A stretch of DNA of 64,000 bases from a virus (IMGVR_UViG_3300017792_000017:64001-128000); one strand, 5' to 3'. Shown: positions 17,895 to 28,661, counted from the first letter of the stretch. Numbers and translations are program-made. Notes: generated by a model not told the origin, from the letters alone.

Positions 17895-18653
17895 TTAATC
17901 CTGAGTTAAGTGAAGTTTTGCCTGAATCTCAGGCTTACGTAAGTCTTTGATCGAGTTCCCCTCGAATCCTATTTTAGTCAAAAGTTCTTCGTACAAAGGA
18001 GGAGTAGGAGCTTGGAAAATTCTAGAAATTGCAGATTTGGAATGACCATATTTATCTGATAGAGCCATCAAATTAGTACCATCAATGTAGTCTGAAATCA
18101 AAGTGCTTAATTCCACTTCAGACTTTACTACCATGCAATTTTTATTGTATTTTAAGCCGTTTTCTTTAATAGTCGTTTTTTGTAATTCCGATTTAGTAAT
18201 GGACTGTAGATGGGCTTTGTACCATTCTTTATACCCGGGTCTATTCCAAAGAGCTTTTTTCTCTTCCACAAATTTTCCCTTTAAGGCATTTGAAATTTTA
18301 CTACGTACTTCTTGCGGAATTACAGTCATGCCATTCGCCGTAGGGGAAATGTTATACCCAACAGTATCATCACATACTTTCAAAGAGTCCATATAAAACT
18401 GTTCCCTTTCGAATCTATTTTCAAGGTTCGTTACTTCTAGTATCTCAAAATGAAATACTTCCAATCCGTGTTTTAAAACCGCAGATTGTAGATGTGCATT
18501 AACGTGTTTACCATTTTTAAGAAGTCTTACATGTTTGTTAAGTCTTTCTTTAAAACACTGACTGGATCCAATATAAATTTTACCGTTTACAGTATTAGTT
18601 ATTTTGTAGACGCCTGCTGCGTTCAAATCTTGTTCGTTGCAAAGTAGTTTCAT
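17895..18653 (-). mobile_element. free-standing GIY-YIG homing endonuclease
   Basis: GVYKITNTVNGKIYIGSS...R...H...REQ..GYN; AT-rich; inserted between sheath and tube. Confidence 0.9.
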
Positions 18654-18747
18654 ACTACTATATTACTAAAATTCCAATCCCAACTCAAGTACCCACAAAC
18701 AAAAAAGCCCAGATTTCTCCGGGCTTTTTTTAGCTTAATCAACTCGA

Positions 18748-21384
18748 TTAGATAATCAAGAAGAGATTAATGTAGTTCATTGGATAAACTACGCTGATAT
18801 TCAGATTGATAATGACCTGATCCTTATTGTTAGGATCTTGAGCCAGACTTGCAATCTTGTAACTTAGCAGCGGTGAACCGATCTTCGGAAGTTTTTGACC
18901 CTTGACCAGTTCTGAAACAGAAATGATCGTTTGACGAAGAGTGTTAAGGCTATCAGGAGTAACGTTCCACTTACCAATGAAGCTCTTAAGCTGATCGTGG
19001 TATAGGTACGATAAAAAGTCCCAATTCTTAACAACTAATAGTTCACGGAATTCAAGTACTGACACATCTGTCGTCAGTTCGTGACGAACGAAAGGAATTG
19101 AACCTTGCGTTTCTTGTACGAACAGGAATGTACCTGCAGCGGCCATTGTGTTCATCTGTGCTCTCGTAAAGAAAAAGTTTGAGAACTTCAGATCTGCAAC
19201 GCCTGCAACACCAACGTTGGTGAAACCTTGTTGTACTGGGAAACCCGCAACCATACCCCCAAGGGCGGCACATAGGTAGTAGCCAGGCAGATACTTAACA
19301 ACGCCATCTACGGTAATACCAACTGTATCCGGCTGAACGTGGATCACACGCTTGTCGGTGAAGGTTGTGCTAGCAGCAGCTACAGCAGTTGCCTTTTGAG
19401 CCTTGCTCAGCGTACGACCAACGTAGTAGCTAACAGCAGTTGCAGTACCAGTAGCAGCTACGACTACTTGTTGGTTATTCAGTACTTGTTGTACTTGTAG
19501 TGAACCAACTTGGGTAGGAGTGCCAGTAGCAGCAGTAACAATAACTGAGTCACCAGGAACAACGCCGTCTGACATGAATGTAGCATTTGAGGCTGTCAGT
19601 ACGTAGTTACCGTTGATAACAGTAATGGTGTTGTTTCCACCGTTTGCATTAACGAAGCCACTTGAGTACGGACCAATGTTTTGGCTCGTAGGAATTGCTG
19701 TGTTAACCAGAGCGATACGCCATGCAGCTTCCTGAGGAGTTGACATTTGATCAACGTGAGCTTGGAATGCTGAAAGAATATCTACTTCTTGTGTAAGCGG
19801 AACTAGTGCGTAAAGACGATGGCCTTCAGCAAGTTCAAGAGCGGTTTCATAACCAATAAGGTCATCGCTCGGTACTGCGATTACATTGATCTGAGTCGTA
19901 GTATTTGCCATGCAAATTACTGAAGCCAGACCAAGCGGGTTTTGATCAGAAGTATCACCAAGGATACCTTCGATGTCACCAGTTGTCGTAAGAACTTGGA
20001 TAGCGCCTGAAAGATCTGTACGAAGAGCACGGTAAGCAAAGTGAACTTCACCGCTAACAACACGACCGTAAATTACGAACGGATTAGGTTCGATTGAGAT
20101 CTGGCCAGTTGTAGGAGCGTTTGAAGCATCGTAGTTTGATGTACTTGTGCTTGGGTTTACAGCAGGAAGAAGCTGGTTGTTATAAATCTTGCGAGTCTTA
20201 ACAGTGAACAGAGCCTTCTTGATTACTACTGCGCCTGCGCCAACTGCTGTACCTACAGCGGGGCTGATGGTAAGAACGTTGGTAGCTACGTTTGATACGT
20301 TTGCAACTAGGTCTGCACCGTTAGCACCTGCGCCACGGATAAGGATCGTATCACCGATTGCGATACCAGTTGCGCTTGCTACTGTGACGCTTGTTGCGCC
20401 TTGAGTAAGAGCACCAGGAACAGTTGTTTGAACGCTAAGGTCAGCCGGTAGAACGTCTGTAGTGTTCAGGGTAATCAGAGTTGAAGTCGGATTAACAACA
20501 GCGGTTACGGTCGTGCTGAATACCTTCGCTACTGAACTTGTGTTCGTGTAAGCGATATCGATAGCATCACCTGGTTCAACTAGAAGAGTTGAAGTTGTTT
20601 GGTTAACGTTTGAAAGCGTAGCCTTAGTGATTGCTGCACCAGTTGTAGCAGTACCAGCTTGGGCTGAGATTGTGAACGTTGTACCTGAAATGTTGCTGAT
20701 CGTAGCAACTAGAGCAGCACCTGCTGCGCCTGCACCAGCGATAGAGATAACATCGCCAACTACGAAACGAGTAGCGTTAGTAACTGCGGTTACGCTTGCT
20801 GAGCCAGCTGAAGTTGTACCTGTGCCGGTAGGCGTAGAGATATCAAGTTGATTTGCGCCTGAATATCCCAGGAAGCCACTTACAAGGGTTTCGATCTTTG
20901 CGTTGTTCAGATATACCTGAACTGAGTCTGGCTCAACTACTTGGCCAGGTTGAGTTGAAGGAAGACCAAAGGTATTTACAACACCTGAGTTGCTGATAAC
21001 AGCAGTCTTCGTTACTGTTACGTTGCTTACAGTTGTACCTGCAGCAGTATCTGTCGTGGCAGTAAGGCCAGACACTGAAAGTACAGTTGCGCTAAGTGTA
21101 CTACCTGTTGTAGAAGCACCAGGGATAAGTAGAACGTCACCAATAGCGAAAGGAACAGGAGTAGTAAAAGTAACTACTGCTGAACCAAGGGTCATGCTAC
21201 CGATTGCGTTTACTGCTGGAACTGCTGCAGTTTGGATAAGGGATGCATTTGAACCTGCTACGTAGCTCACTACGTTGTATGCGGGTCCAATTAGGCATAC
21301 TTCCAGATCAGGAGTAACGTTAGCAACGCCGCCAGAGCTTTGGAGCTGTTGATAAACTAGTACTGATGGAACGACATATGACAT
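18748..21384 (-). CDS. contractile tail sheath protein with inserted beta-rich domains
   Basis: N-terminal MSYVVPSVLVYQ, C-terminal sheath signature (LPGYYLCAALGG, VRHELTTD...FRELLVVKNWD, VVYPMNYINL). Confidence 0.85.
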   Translation of the reverse strand: MSYVVPSVLVYQQLQSSGGVANVTPDLEVCLIGPAYNVVSYVAGSNASLIQTAAVPAVNAIGSMTLGSAVVTFTTPVPFAIGDVLLIPGASTTGSTLSATVLSVSGLTATTDTAAGTTVSNVTVTKTAVISNSGVVNTFGLPSTQPGQVVEPDSVQVYLNNAKIETLVSGFLGYSGANQLDISTPTGTGTTSAGSASVTAVTNATRFVVGDVISIAGAGAAGAALVATISNISGTTFTISAQAGTATTGAAITKATLSNVNQTTSTLLVEPGDAIDIAYTNTSSVAKVFSTTVTAVVNPTSTLITLNTTDVLPADLSVQTTVPGALTQGATSVTVASATGIAIGDTILIRGAGANGADLVANVSNVATNVLTISPAVGTAVGAGAVVIKKALFTVKTRKIYNNQLLPAVNPSTSTSNYDASNAPTTGQISIEPNPFVIYGRVVSGEVHFAYRALRTDLSGAIQVLTTTGDIEGILGDTSDQNPLGLASVICMANTTTQINVIAVPSDDLIGYETALELAEGHRLYALVPLTQEVDILSAFQAHVDQMSTPQEAAWRIALVNTAIPTSQNIGPYSSGFVNANGGNNTITVINGNYVLTASNATFMSDGVVPGDSVIVTAATGTPTQVGSLQVQQVLNNQQVVVAATGTATAVSYYVGRTLSKAQKATAVAAASTTFTDKRVIHVQPDTVGITVDGVVKYLPGYYLCAALGGMVAGFPVQQGFTNVGVAGVADLKFSNFFFTRAQMNTMAAAGTFLFVQETQGSIPFVRHELTTDVSVLEFRELLVVKNWDFLSYLYHDQLKSFIGKWNVTPDSLNTLRQTIISVSELVKGQKLPKIGSPLLSYKIASLAQDPNNKDQVIINLNISVVYPMNYINLFLII

Positions 21385-21472
21385 ATTTATTTCCTAAAAG
21401 GATTTTTTGATACTCGCAGTCACTTGACTACGAGCCGAATTCTTGACACATTATGCTGATATTTTAGCAGAA

Positions 21473-22060
21473 TTATTCAGGCTGAAGATTCAAAATGAAG
21501 TTCTTGATCTTGATACTGTCGTTCTTAACTGACCAGCGTTCTTCACGCATCCAAGGCACTGCAATTGTAACTCTGAATTTCTCTTTGCCTTCTGAACTTC
21601 CATCGAGGTCACAATTACTAACCGTCATAGGAGAAGCGAAGTCTTTGAAGCCTTGGGTACTACACAGATAAGGTCGTGTCCACAGCAAGAAGTGCTGCAC
21701 CATATCCGTAATAATTTCACAACTACCAAGCTGAGTTGCTTCAATTATGATTTCAGCTTGACCGCTATAGAGAATGAAGTTCTCAATATCGTGTAAGCCC
21801 ATAGTTTGATTCATCGTCTTTGCAGAAGACATATTATCGGTAAGCGAGAACTTACCAACATTATATGCACCACGATCAACCAATACTCGGGGACGTTCAT
21901 TAAATGGAATCTTATGAAGGTTATTCATATAGTCCAGTTCAATCGTCCTCTTCTTTTCGTCTGCGTCCCAGAAAAACGTTGACTGTTCTGTGTACTGGGA
22001 GAAGTAATAGCGAAGAGGTTGCAGGATCAATTCGCTTAAATTAACTGGGCTAAAAATCAT
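21473..22060 (-). CDS. putative tail terminator/neck protein
   Basis: Position just upstream of sheath; 195 aa. Confidence 0.5.
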   Translation of the reverse strand: MIFSPVNLSELILQPLRYYFSQYTEQSTFFWDADEKKRTIELDYMNNLHKIPFNERPRVLVDRGAYNVGKFSLTDNMSSAKTMNQTMGLHDIENFILYSGQAEIIIEATQLGSCEIITDMVQHFLLWTRPYLCSTQGFKDFASPMTVSNCDLDGSSEGKEKFRVTIAVPWMREERWSVKNDSIKIKNFILNLQPE

Positions 22061-22944
22061 GGTAAGTACGAATCCAAGTATTGTGACGGAAAGTCTGGAA
22101 GATCTCTGGTCACTAGCTGGAACTCGACAGCTCCCTTGCTTAGCTGAGTAAGGGTCAGCATTTGTCTTACAACGTTACCCTGTAACTCTGTAGTAGCGAT
22201 TCTAGTAACTTCATATCCACTCCAATCTCCGCTACGAATTATAACATCACCAAGACGAATATCTGGCATGGAAATTGTCCACGCTCCAATTACATTCTCT
22301 TCGTCTTGTCCAAGGTAGTTTTTGGTGAGGTTGTTTGGGGTTGGATCGTACTGCAAGAAGATCTTTGCAGGAGTGAAGTATCCGCCCTCAAAACTAGTAC
22401 CGATGCAATTAGGGCAATTATCGCGGGTCGTATGCTCATGCACAGGATCCCAGCAAGTCGTACAACGTTTACCATAGTTTTTGCGCCTAAATAGATAAGA
22501 ACTAATTCCACCGAACCTTGACAGAAGCCAATACTCACGTCGTTGGATTTCCATGCTGCGGATAGTTACCCAGCTTCTTTGGAACGTTTTCCAGGTAGCG
22601 GGGTCGGATCTAAGGGCGATACTACCCTTGTCGAGAAGAAGTACTTCAACGACGTAGTATCCATGATTAAATTTGGACTCTTCTCTGAGGGTGGTGTCGA
22701 TGAAGTGGTTTCCGACGATTGGGGTTGCGTTGATTTTGACAAAATCTGAATCCTCTATTTGAGAGAAGTATACATCAAATACACAGTTACCCCAGGAAGC
22801 CGGTATGGACCATTCTACAGTCGCCTGCTTGTACCACTGTGGGTAGACCTTGACTTGGATAGCCGAAGCCCTCCTAGCCGTTGTAAGAGGCAACTGAGCG
22901 GTTTGGATTAAGAACCCTGGGGTGACTGAGAAGTTGAATGCCAT
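22057..22944 (-). CDS. putative neck/head-closure protein with Zn ribbon
   Basis: CTTCWD...CPNCIGT motif; neck-region synteny. Confidence 0.5.
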   Translation of the reverse strand: MAFNFSVTPGFLIQTAQLPLTTARRASAIQVKVYPQWYKQATVEWSIPASWGNCVFDVYFSQIEDSDFVKINATPIVGNHFIDTTLREESKFNHGYYVVEVLLLDKGSIALRSDPATWKTFQRSWVTIRSMEIQRREYWLLSRFGGISSYLFRRKNYGKRCTTCWDPVHEHTTRDNCPNCIGTSFEGGYFTPAKIFLQYDPTPNNLTKNYLGQDEENVIGAWTISMPDIRLGDVIIRSGDWSGYEVTRIATTELQGNVVRQMLTLTQLSKGAVEFQLVTRDLPDFPSQYLDSYLP

Positions 22945-22946
22945 GT

Positions 22947-23210
22947 TTAGGGCGTATTGTTTTTAAAGTACTCAGCTACTTTACGCGGAGTAGTGAGTTT
23001 GTGATGATCACCGGGGTTGATTTTGCCGAATCTACTTTCTATAGCTGCGACCAACTTTTTACCAGCTATTGTTGTAGCAGCCTTATTTTCACGGTTCTTA
23101 GGGAAGAAGGCATGGTCTGGTTTCATACTTGAATCAAAATGTTTATGAGTTAAATCCATAATGATTTCAAGATTACCATCGCTAGCGATTTTTTCAAGAT
23201 ATTTGTTCAT
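22947..23210 (-). CDS. small putative internal head protein with MNKYLEKIAS leader
   Basis: Shared N-terminal motif; TAAAATA directly upstream. Confidence 0.7.
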   Translation of the reverse strand: MNKYLEKIASDGNLEIIMDLTHKHFDSSMKPDHAFFPKNRENKAATTIAGKKLVAAIESRFGKINPGDHHKLTTPRKVAEYFKNNTP

Positions 23211-23268
23211 GACATTATTTTAAAAGCAAAAGCCTCCCGAAGGAGGCCTTGTTTGGAACTGTGTTTGA

Positions 23269-23712
23269 TTACCAAGTTGGCATGAGTGAGAGGTCGCTTC
23301 GTACTTCTCCCCAACCACTTTCCATGTTCAACTGAATCTTTAGCTTTGTAGCTGCTTCGGTGAACTGTTGCTGAAACCCTGCTGCTAAACTTTGATACAA
23401 CTGCGAACGTTCTTCGATTGGAATCTGAAGACCGCCGTCGCTGTAGTTCATAGTATTACGAGCTAAAAGCAACGCTTTACCGAGGTATGCATGCCAAAGA
23501 GTTCCCCACAGAAGAACTGATTTAGATGGGAAGTTTTGAATGCCTACTGCACCAATTGGCGGAATCGTATTAAACGAATCCACTGCTAGTGTCATAGAGA
23601 GTGAAATAAACGTGTCAGTCATTTCCTCACCTTCGATAAGGTAATTGTTGACAGCATAGTCTGACGTATACTCTCTTACTTCTTGCGGGGTGAGGATTTG
23701 ATTAACGGACAT
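23269..23712 (-). CDS. putative head-tail adaptor
   Basis: 147 aa helical protein, YSDGG.QI motif; position between capsid and neck genes. Confidence 0.5.
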   Translation of the reverse strand: MSVNQILTPQEVREYTSDYAVNNYLIEGEEMTDTFISLSMTLAVDSFNTIPPIGAVGIQNFPSKSVLLWGTLWHAYLGKALLLARNTMNYSDGGLQIPIEERSQLYQSLAAGFQQQFTEAATKLKIQLNMESGWGEVRSDLSLMPTW

Positions 23713-23716
23713 TTAT

Positions 23717-24163
23717 TTACTCTGCTGCAGCCTTACGACCACGCTTAGCCTTCTCTGTTTCTGCTACGCCATTTGCTTCTTCAGCAGTTTGACCGATCTG
23801 TGAAGCTGCTGCTTCTGATACCTTTTCTACTACATCGGTATTCTTGCCAATTGACTCTGAAGTTGCTGTACTCTTCTTTTCTGGAGTCTTTGAAGCCTTC
23901 AGTTCTTCAGCCGTCATACCTTGATAACCTTCGTGCTCTACAACCAGTTCAGGCGCCTTTACTAGATCGCTGACATCAGGCTCTTCTGAGTGAACTTCTG
24001 CCCAACCACGATTTACTGCATCGAGAACATCTTGGTGTTCTAGATCTGATTCAAGAATCTTAACGAACGAGCCTTGCTTGATAGAGATATACCCTGCTTT
24101 CAGTACAAGACCGGTCGGAAGCTTATTGACCAGATAAAAATTCTTAAAAACTACTTTAGACAT
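23717..24163 (-). CDS. hypothetical late protein with acidic/basic tail
   Basis: ORF in late operon. Confidence 0.7.
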   Translation of the reverse strand: MSKVVFKNFYLVNKLPTGLVLKAGYISIKQGSFVKILESDLEHQDVLDAVNRGWAEVHSEEPDVSDLVKAPELVVEHEGYQGMTAEELKASKTPEKKSTATSESIGKNTDVVEKVSEAAASQIGQTAEEANGVAETEKAKRGRKAAAE

Positions 24164-24183
24164 TTGCTAATCCTTTCTTAGAT

Positions 24184-24501
24184 TCAAGTATTGTATTTCT
24201 GTCCGTACAGTTTGTCAATTTTTTCCATGATCTTACGATCTTGGTGCTGGAAGTACTTGTGTACTCCAAACATGCCTGTACCTACAGCTGCTGCTCCACC
24301 AACTCCGACCTTTACTCTTGTCTGGAATGTACGGCCAGCTTCTACTTGTGCTTTGCGTTTAGCACGAAGAGCTGTAAGTCCCGTATCCTCAGCCTCGCGC
24401 ATTACACGAGCCTTAGTAGCCCATTCCTTTGCGCTCTTCCCCGACACTTGATCGATCATTTTGAGGGTCTTGGATAGGTATCTGTTAAAACTACCTGCCA
24501 T
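24184..24501 (-). CDS. basic putative virion protein with Gly-rich hydrophobic segment
   Basis: NRYLSK leader variant; VGVGGAAAVGTGMFG; TAAAATA at 24529-24535. Confidence 0.65.
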   Translation of the reverse strand: MAGSFNRYLSKTLKMIDQVSGKSAKEWATKARVMREAEDTGLTALRAKRKAQVEAGRTFQTRVKVGVGGAAAVGTGMFGVHKYFQHQDRKIMEKIDKLYGQKYNT

Positions 24502-24684
24502 GTTGGTTTCCTTTTAATTTACAAAGAGTATTTTAACAGAGATAGAGAAGTAATACATCAAGCTTCAGATTGGTATAAGGAGAGTAATAACAATAGAGGT
24601 TTATCGTGTTACTAGAAGAAGAAACTATGACCGAAGCAATTCTGGAGTTCTTGCGGATTTCCGAGCTATACCTCTTTGGAGGAT

Positions 24685-24951
24685 ATGATGAAAATAAGTG
24701 AGATGACCGATATCGTCAAGAGAGCACCGCTCCCAATACGGATGATGATAGACAGGTGGGGTGAAAAAGACCCGCTCATCAAAAAGCACGTAGTAGGATT
24801 GGACTATGCACTGACTAGCGGAATGAGTGATACTACAATACGCATTCTGATAGAAGACTTCCTCGACTATGTCGAAAGAAAGTACTTCATTGACAGAGAT
24901 AAGACAAGAGCGAAGATCGTGATGTTCCTTGCTGACCACCGTAAAAAATAA
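24685..24951 (+). CDS. hypothetical early protein
   Basis: GGAGG RBS; promoter at 24570. Confidence 0.65.
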   Translation: MMKISEMTDIVKRAPLPIRMMIDRWGEKDPLIKKHVVGLDYALTSGMSDTTIRILIEDFLDYVERKYFIDRDKTRAKIVMFLADHRKK

Positions 24952-25253
24952 GGAGAAAATAGTATGGCTGAAAAGAAACGCTCAGTGGCATTTCCGATCC
25001 TGGCTCTGCTGGCGATCATCGCTCTGCTATCACCGAGAGCTAAGAAGTAGTCTTCGGAGAAACAAAATGGATCAGGCCGATCAAGACGAAATACGGAGAA
25101 TCGTATTTGGTGAAAATGAGGTACTGTATTCAAAGATCATAGCAGTGGCGGTGGTATCTGTAATTACAGCAGTGCTGGCCCTCATAGCTCTGAGGCAGCG
25201 CTAAAAAACGATGCACAGCCCAGCTAGTAACTGGGCTCTACCAAGGGGATTTC

Positions 25254-25577
25254 ATGGCACCGCTGCTGTACACTATGTACGCTGTATCTGTTCTACTGAC
25301 TGCGTACGTTCTTATAAAAGTAGCTCCGTGGAAGAAACTCTCGTTAGAAAAAATTATACCGAGAGTTGTATTCGTGGTACTCGTATCATTAATACCAGTA
25401 ATAAATGTGTGTTTCATAAGTTTCATCCCGTTAGTCAGGGAAGTAGATCGTGCAGTGAAGCGAGAGAACTTCAAAACGGAAGACGAAGAGCTTGAATTCG
25501 TTAGAATCTACATTACGACGAAAGTCTCTAAACGGGTATTGGCTTTCTGCAGAAGAGTAGGTCTCAAAAGAGACTAG
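25254..25577 (+). CDS. small two-TM membrane protein
   Basis: Two hydrophobic segments; GGGG RBS. Confidence 0.65.
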   Translation: MAPLLYTMYAVSVLLTAYVLIKVAPWKKLSLEKIIPRVVFVVLVSLIPVINVCFISFIPLVREVDRAVKRENFKTEDEELEFVRIYITTKVSKRVLAFCRRVGLKRD

Positions 25578-25683
25578 AGCGTAATCCCGGTCAGTACGAC
25601 GGGCTTTTTTTAAATTCCCTAAGCGTGAAGTGGTATAAGAATATTAGAAGTAAACATTATAATTTTACTAAGGAGTTTGACCA

Positions 25684-26043
25684 ATGAAGACGCTCAACGG
25701 CATTACCTACGTCCAGCTTAAGACACTCACGACTGCAGAACTCAATGCACTTTGCGCGGCGTATGCTGCAAGCCAAGTTTTCATAGCTATGGAGTCTAGT
25801 GGCTTTGCTGACGAAGGTGAAAGAGATTTTGCAGACAAGTTCATGCAAATTTTCACTCGTCGTGCAGAAGAGATGTTCAATGAAAAAGTCACCGACAAAA
25901 TATATTCGATGATGAGAATTCTCTACGACACGGAAGAGAAGTTCGACATGGCATCTGAAATGACAACTGAAATGGGTAACATCGCAATGATGACTCAGAA
26001 GATGATGAAGCAGATTCATCAAGATGTTCTAGCGATGCGCTAA
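25684..26043 (+). CDS. hypothetical early protein (Met-rich, helical)
   Basis: TGGTATAAG at 25631; AAGGAG RBS; terminator 26046-26078. Confidence 0.75.
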   Translation: MKTLNGITYVQLKTLTTAELNALCAAYAASQVFIAMESSGFADEGERDFADKFMQIFTRRAEEMFNEKVTDKIYSMMRILYDTEEKFDMASEMTTEMGNIAMMTQKMMKQIHQDVLAMR

Positions 26044-26169
26044 AGAAAAAAGCCCAGCTAACAACTGGGCTTTTTTTAGACTTTCAGAAATAAGAAAAGC
26101 CAGGATTTTACCCCGGCTTGTCTTTAGATGGGATCACCTCCTCTCGGAAGTTCTAACCACGCTGAGTGA

Positions 26170-27063
26170 TTAGAAGTTTAGAACAACTGCACCATTTACG
26201 TTACCGATACCAGCACCTACAGCTTCGTAAGTATGGAACTCGATAATGTCTGCTTCGGTCTTCAGGAAGACTGTCGGAGCTTGAAGCTCATAGAACTGAC
26301 CAAGGTAGTTCTGAGGAGCAAAAACGATTGCTTGGTTCGTCGGGAGGATGTTAGCCTTGTTCGTGGTGATGATCTTGTAACCGAAGAAGTTATCAAGAGT
26401 CGCTTCGCCTTGGAACAGTGCTGATGCTGCCGGTGAGCCTACGTCTGTTGCTGCAAAAGTCAGCAGATCAGCGTACATTGATTGTGTCATAAGGATACAA
26501 CCAACAGGTAGCTTGTTCAGAAGCATGAACTTGATACCAGCCATCAGGTTAGCCTTTGTAAAGCCACCAGCGATGGTGTGAACGTTGCTGTTTGCTGTAG
26601 CAATAGCGTTGATGTTTTGATAGAAGTTTACGTCTTCTTGTTCTTGAATATCCTTAACGCTGTTTTCTTGAAGGATAGTACGAATGTCGGTACGGTATGT
26701 AGCGAGTTCGAACTTGCTCTTACGGAAGTCAGCTGATTGGATCTTCTGGAATGTAACTGGGTAACGTTGTGTCTTCCAGTAACGGATTTCCGGACGGCCA
26801 AGGAACGGAGCAGTAGCAGCTACTGAATCAGGTTCCTTTTCAACGATAACCGTTGGTTCTTCAGTCAGTTGGCGATCAAGCTCTGAAGCTGTGATTTGAA
26901 CTGGCGTAAGAATCTTACGGGTAAAGCCGTCTTCACGAAGCTTCTGACGTACGAAAGCTGACATTGCAGCTGAAGCTTCTTTGGTGTGACCTTGGTCAAT
27001 CTTGTCTAGGAAAGATTGATTCAGGAATTGTACGTTTACTGTTTCTGTGTTATATGCGCTCAT
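26170..27063 (-). CDS. probable major capsid protein (HK97-like fold)
   Basis: 297 aa, strongly biased codons, downstream of protease/scaffold/decoration genes; C-terminal YEAVGAGIGN; HTKEAS motif near N-terminus. Confidence 0.7.
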   Translation of the reverse strand: MSAYNTETVNVQFLNQSFLDKIDQGHTKEASAAMSAFVRQKLREDGFTRKILTPVQITASELDRQLTEEPTVIVEKEPDSVAATAPFLGRPEIRYWKTQRYPVTFQKIQSADFRKSKFELATYRTDIRTILQENSVKDIQEQEDVNFYQNINAIATANSNVHTIAGGFTKANLMAGIKFMLLNKLPVGCILMTQSMYADLLTFAATDVGSPAASALFQGEATLDNFFGYKIITTNKANILPTNQAIVFAPQNYLGQFYELQAPTVFLKTEADIIEFHTYEAVGAGIGNVNGAVVLNF

Positions 27064-27075
27064 TTTATTGTCCTG

Positions 27076-27498
27076 TTACGATACTTTGATTGTAATATGA
27101 GCAGTTTGCGTTGAGCTTGCTGCAACAACGTCAAGTACGAAACCGAGAATAGGGTCTGTACCAGCTAGACCCAGAGCGATTTGACCGCTTTTAACAGTAA
27201 CAGGTGAACCAGGCTGATATGAGCCTGCTGCGAAGTTTGAGATGCTTGCAATGAAGTTACCCCAAAGAACAACTGCCTTACCTGAGTAAGCTGATGAGCT
27301 ACTATCGCCGTTACCAACAATTACTAGGCCGACTGAATTACTTGCTGCCGCTGCTGACTTGTCGATGGTGTTGTCTGATTGCTTGGCAACCCAGTCGCCG
27401 TTTTGCAGAGTAACACCTGACTTGATCGGCTCGACACGCTCTAGAGAACCATCATACGGCCAGCCACGGATGATCTCTGCGTTACGTTCCATTAACAT
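27076..27498 (-). CDS. probable capsid decoration/cement protein
   Basis: 140 aa small beta-rich protein directly upstream of MCP. Confidence 0.6.
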   Translation of the reverse strand: MLMERNAEIIRGWPYDGSLERVEPIKSGVTLQNGDWVAKQSDNTIDKSAAAASNSVGLVIVGNGDSSSSAYSGKAVVLWGNFIASISNFAAGSYQPGSPVTVKSGQIALGLAGTDPILGFVLDVVAASSTQTAHITIKVS

Positions 27499-27640
27499 AT
27501 TTATTTCCTTGTATATGTTTCTATTTTTAAATAAACCGAGTAAAGACTATATCTACTCGGCTCAAAATTCTTTCACAACATTTCTATTTTAATGTGGAAA
27601 AATAGTAGTGTGGGAAATCGATTATTTTTAGCTAAAAAAT

Positions 27641-28240
27641 TTAGCTCAGCATGAATTCAAGAAGGGGATCAGTCTTAGGACGAGCAAAGCCTACGCCATT
27701 ACCCATTCCCCACGGTTCATCCATTGCAGATGCAACCTTCTGAAGAACTTCAGGAGAGACTCGTTGGAGTTGTTCCAGATCTTCTTGTGTGAACTGAGCG
27801 GCAGAAGCCAGCTTAGTGATTTGCTCAGGCATCTCTACAGGCACTTCTAGAGCCCTATCGAGTGCAACTTGATGTTCGGTAGCCTGCTTCTCAATCTCAG
27901 CCTTCAGGCCTTCGATTTGGGCTTCTAGAGCATCAACGTATTCAGCTGTCTTGTGCAGAAGTTCAACCGTTGGATTTTCATCTACTTCAAGAACGAAGTT
28001 TGAAAGTTCAGCAACGTTAATGTTTGCTGCTTTAACAAGCTTTACAGCTTCTTCATGATCAACGCCCTTCATAGCTAGAGCTGACGTAGCCTCTTTTTCC
28101 ATGATATGTTGAGCTACTTGATAACGAGCATCTGCATCGCTAAAACCAGCTTGCTTAAGATGTTCGATAGCAACAGCTTCGGGAGTTGCAAGACGAACTG
28201 TTTCAGCGTGGTCTTTGAGGATTGTTGATAGTTTAGTCAT
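27641..28240 (-). CDS. putative scaffold/core protein
   Basis: Acidic, coiled-coil, multiple KxA motifs (MEKEAT, IEKQAT, ITKLAS, LQKVAS). Confidence 0.6.
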   Translation of the reverse strand: MTKLSTILKDHAETVRLATPEAVAIEHLKQAGFSDADARYQVAQHIMEKEATSALAMKGVDHEEAVKLVKAANINVAELSNFVLEVDENPTVELLHKTAEYVDALEAQIEGLKAEIEKQATEHQVALDRALEVPVEMPEQITKLASAAQFTQEDLEQLQRVSPEVLQKVASAMDEPWGMGNGVGFARPKTDPLLEFMLS

Positions 28241-28661
28241 TTGTCTTTTTGCTATGGAGCGGGCTAAAACCTGCATTAGCCATGCGCTTATTGTGATCGA
28301 TATGCCCAGAAATTTTACCAGCTAAAGTAACACCTAGAGAACCGGCGATGAGACCTGCGTTAAATTTTCCAAGTTTTTTTCCAGCAAGTAAAGCTTCTCT
28401 AGAAAAACCTTCTGGCACTCCAGTTGAGAGCATTTTTCTATGAGCAGCCTCTACTAGAGAAGTGCCAGCTTTAGCACCTGCGAATCCTGCAGCTGCCATC
28501 GAGCCTAAAGCTATGCCGGGATGTACGCCTTTGGCTTCATGGTATTTCTTAAAGTCAGATTTATCCAAATTCACGCTTTTGATATTGAAAAACTTCTTAT
28601 CATCTGAGTGAGGCTTAACCTGATAACTTTCAGCAACTTTCTCTAAGTACTTATTGGACAT
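28233..28661 (-). CDS. putative internal head protein with MSNKYLEKVAE leader
   Basis: Leader motif plus Gly/Ala hydrophobic segments. Confidence 0.7.
   Translation of the reverse strand: MSNKYLEKVAESYQVKPHSDDKKFFNIKSVNLDKSDFKKYHEAKGVHPGIALGSMAAAGFAGAKAGTSLVEAAHRKMLSTGVPEGFSREALLAGKKLGKFNAGLIAGSLGVTLAGKISGHIDHNKRMANAGFSPLHSKKTND

Noticed and set aside
26131-26142. 16S rRNA gene fragment
   Set aside because: Only 12 nt match, flanks unrelated to rRNA
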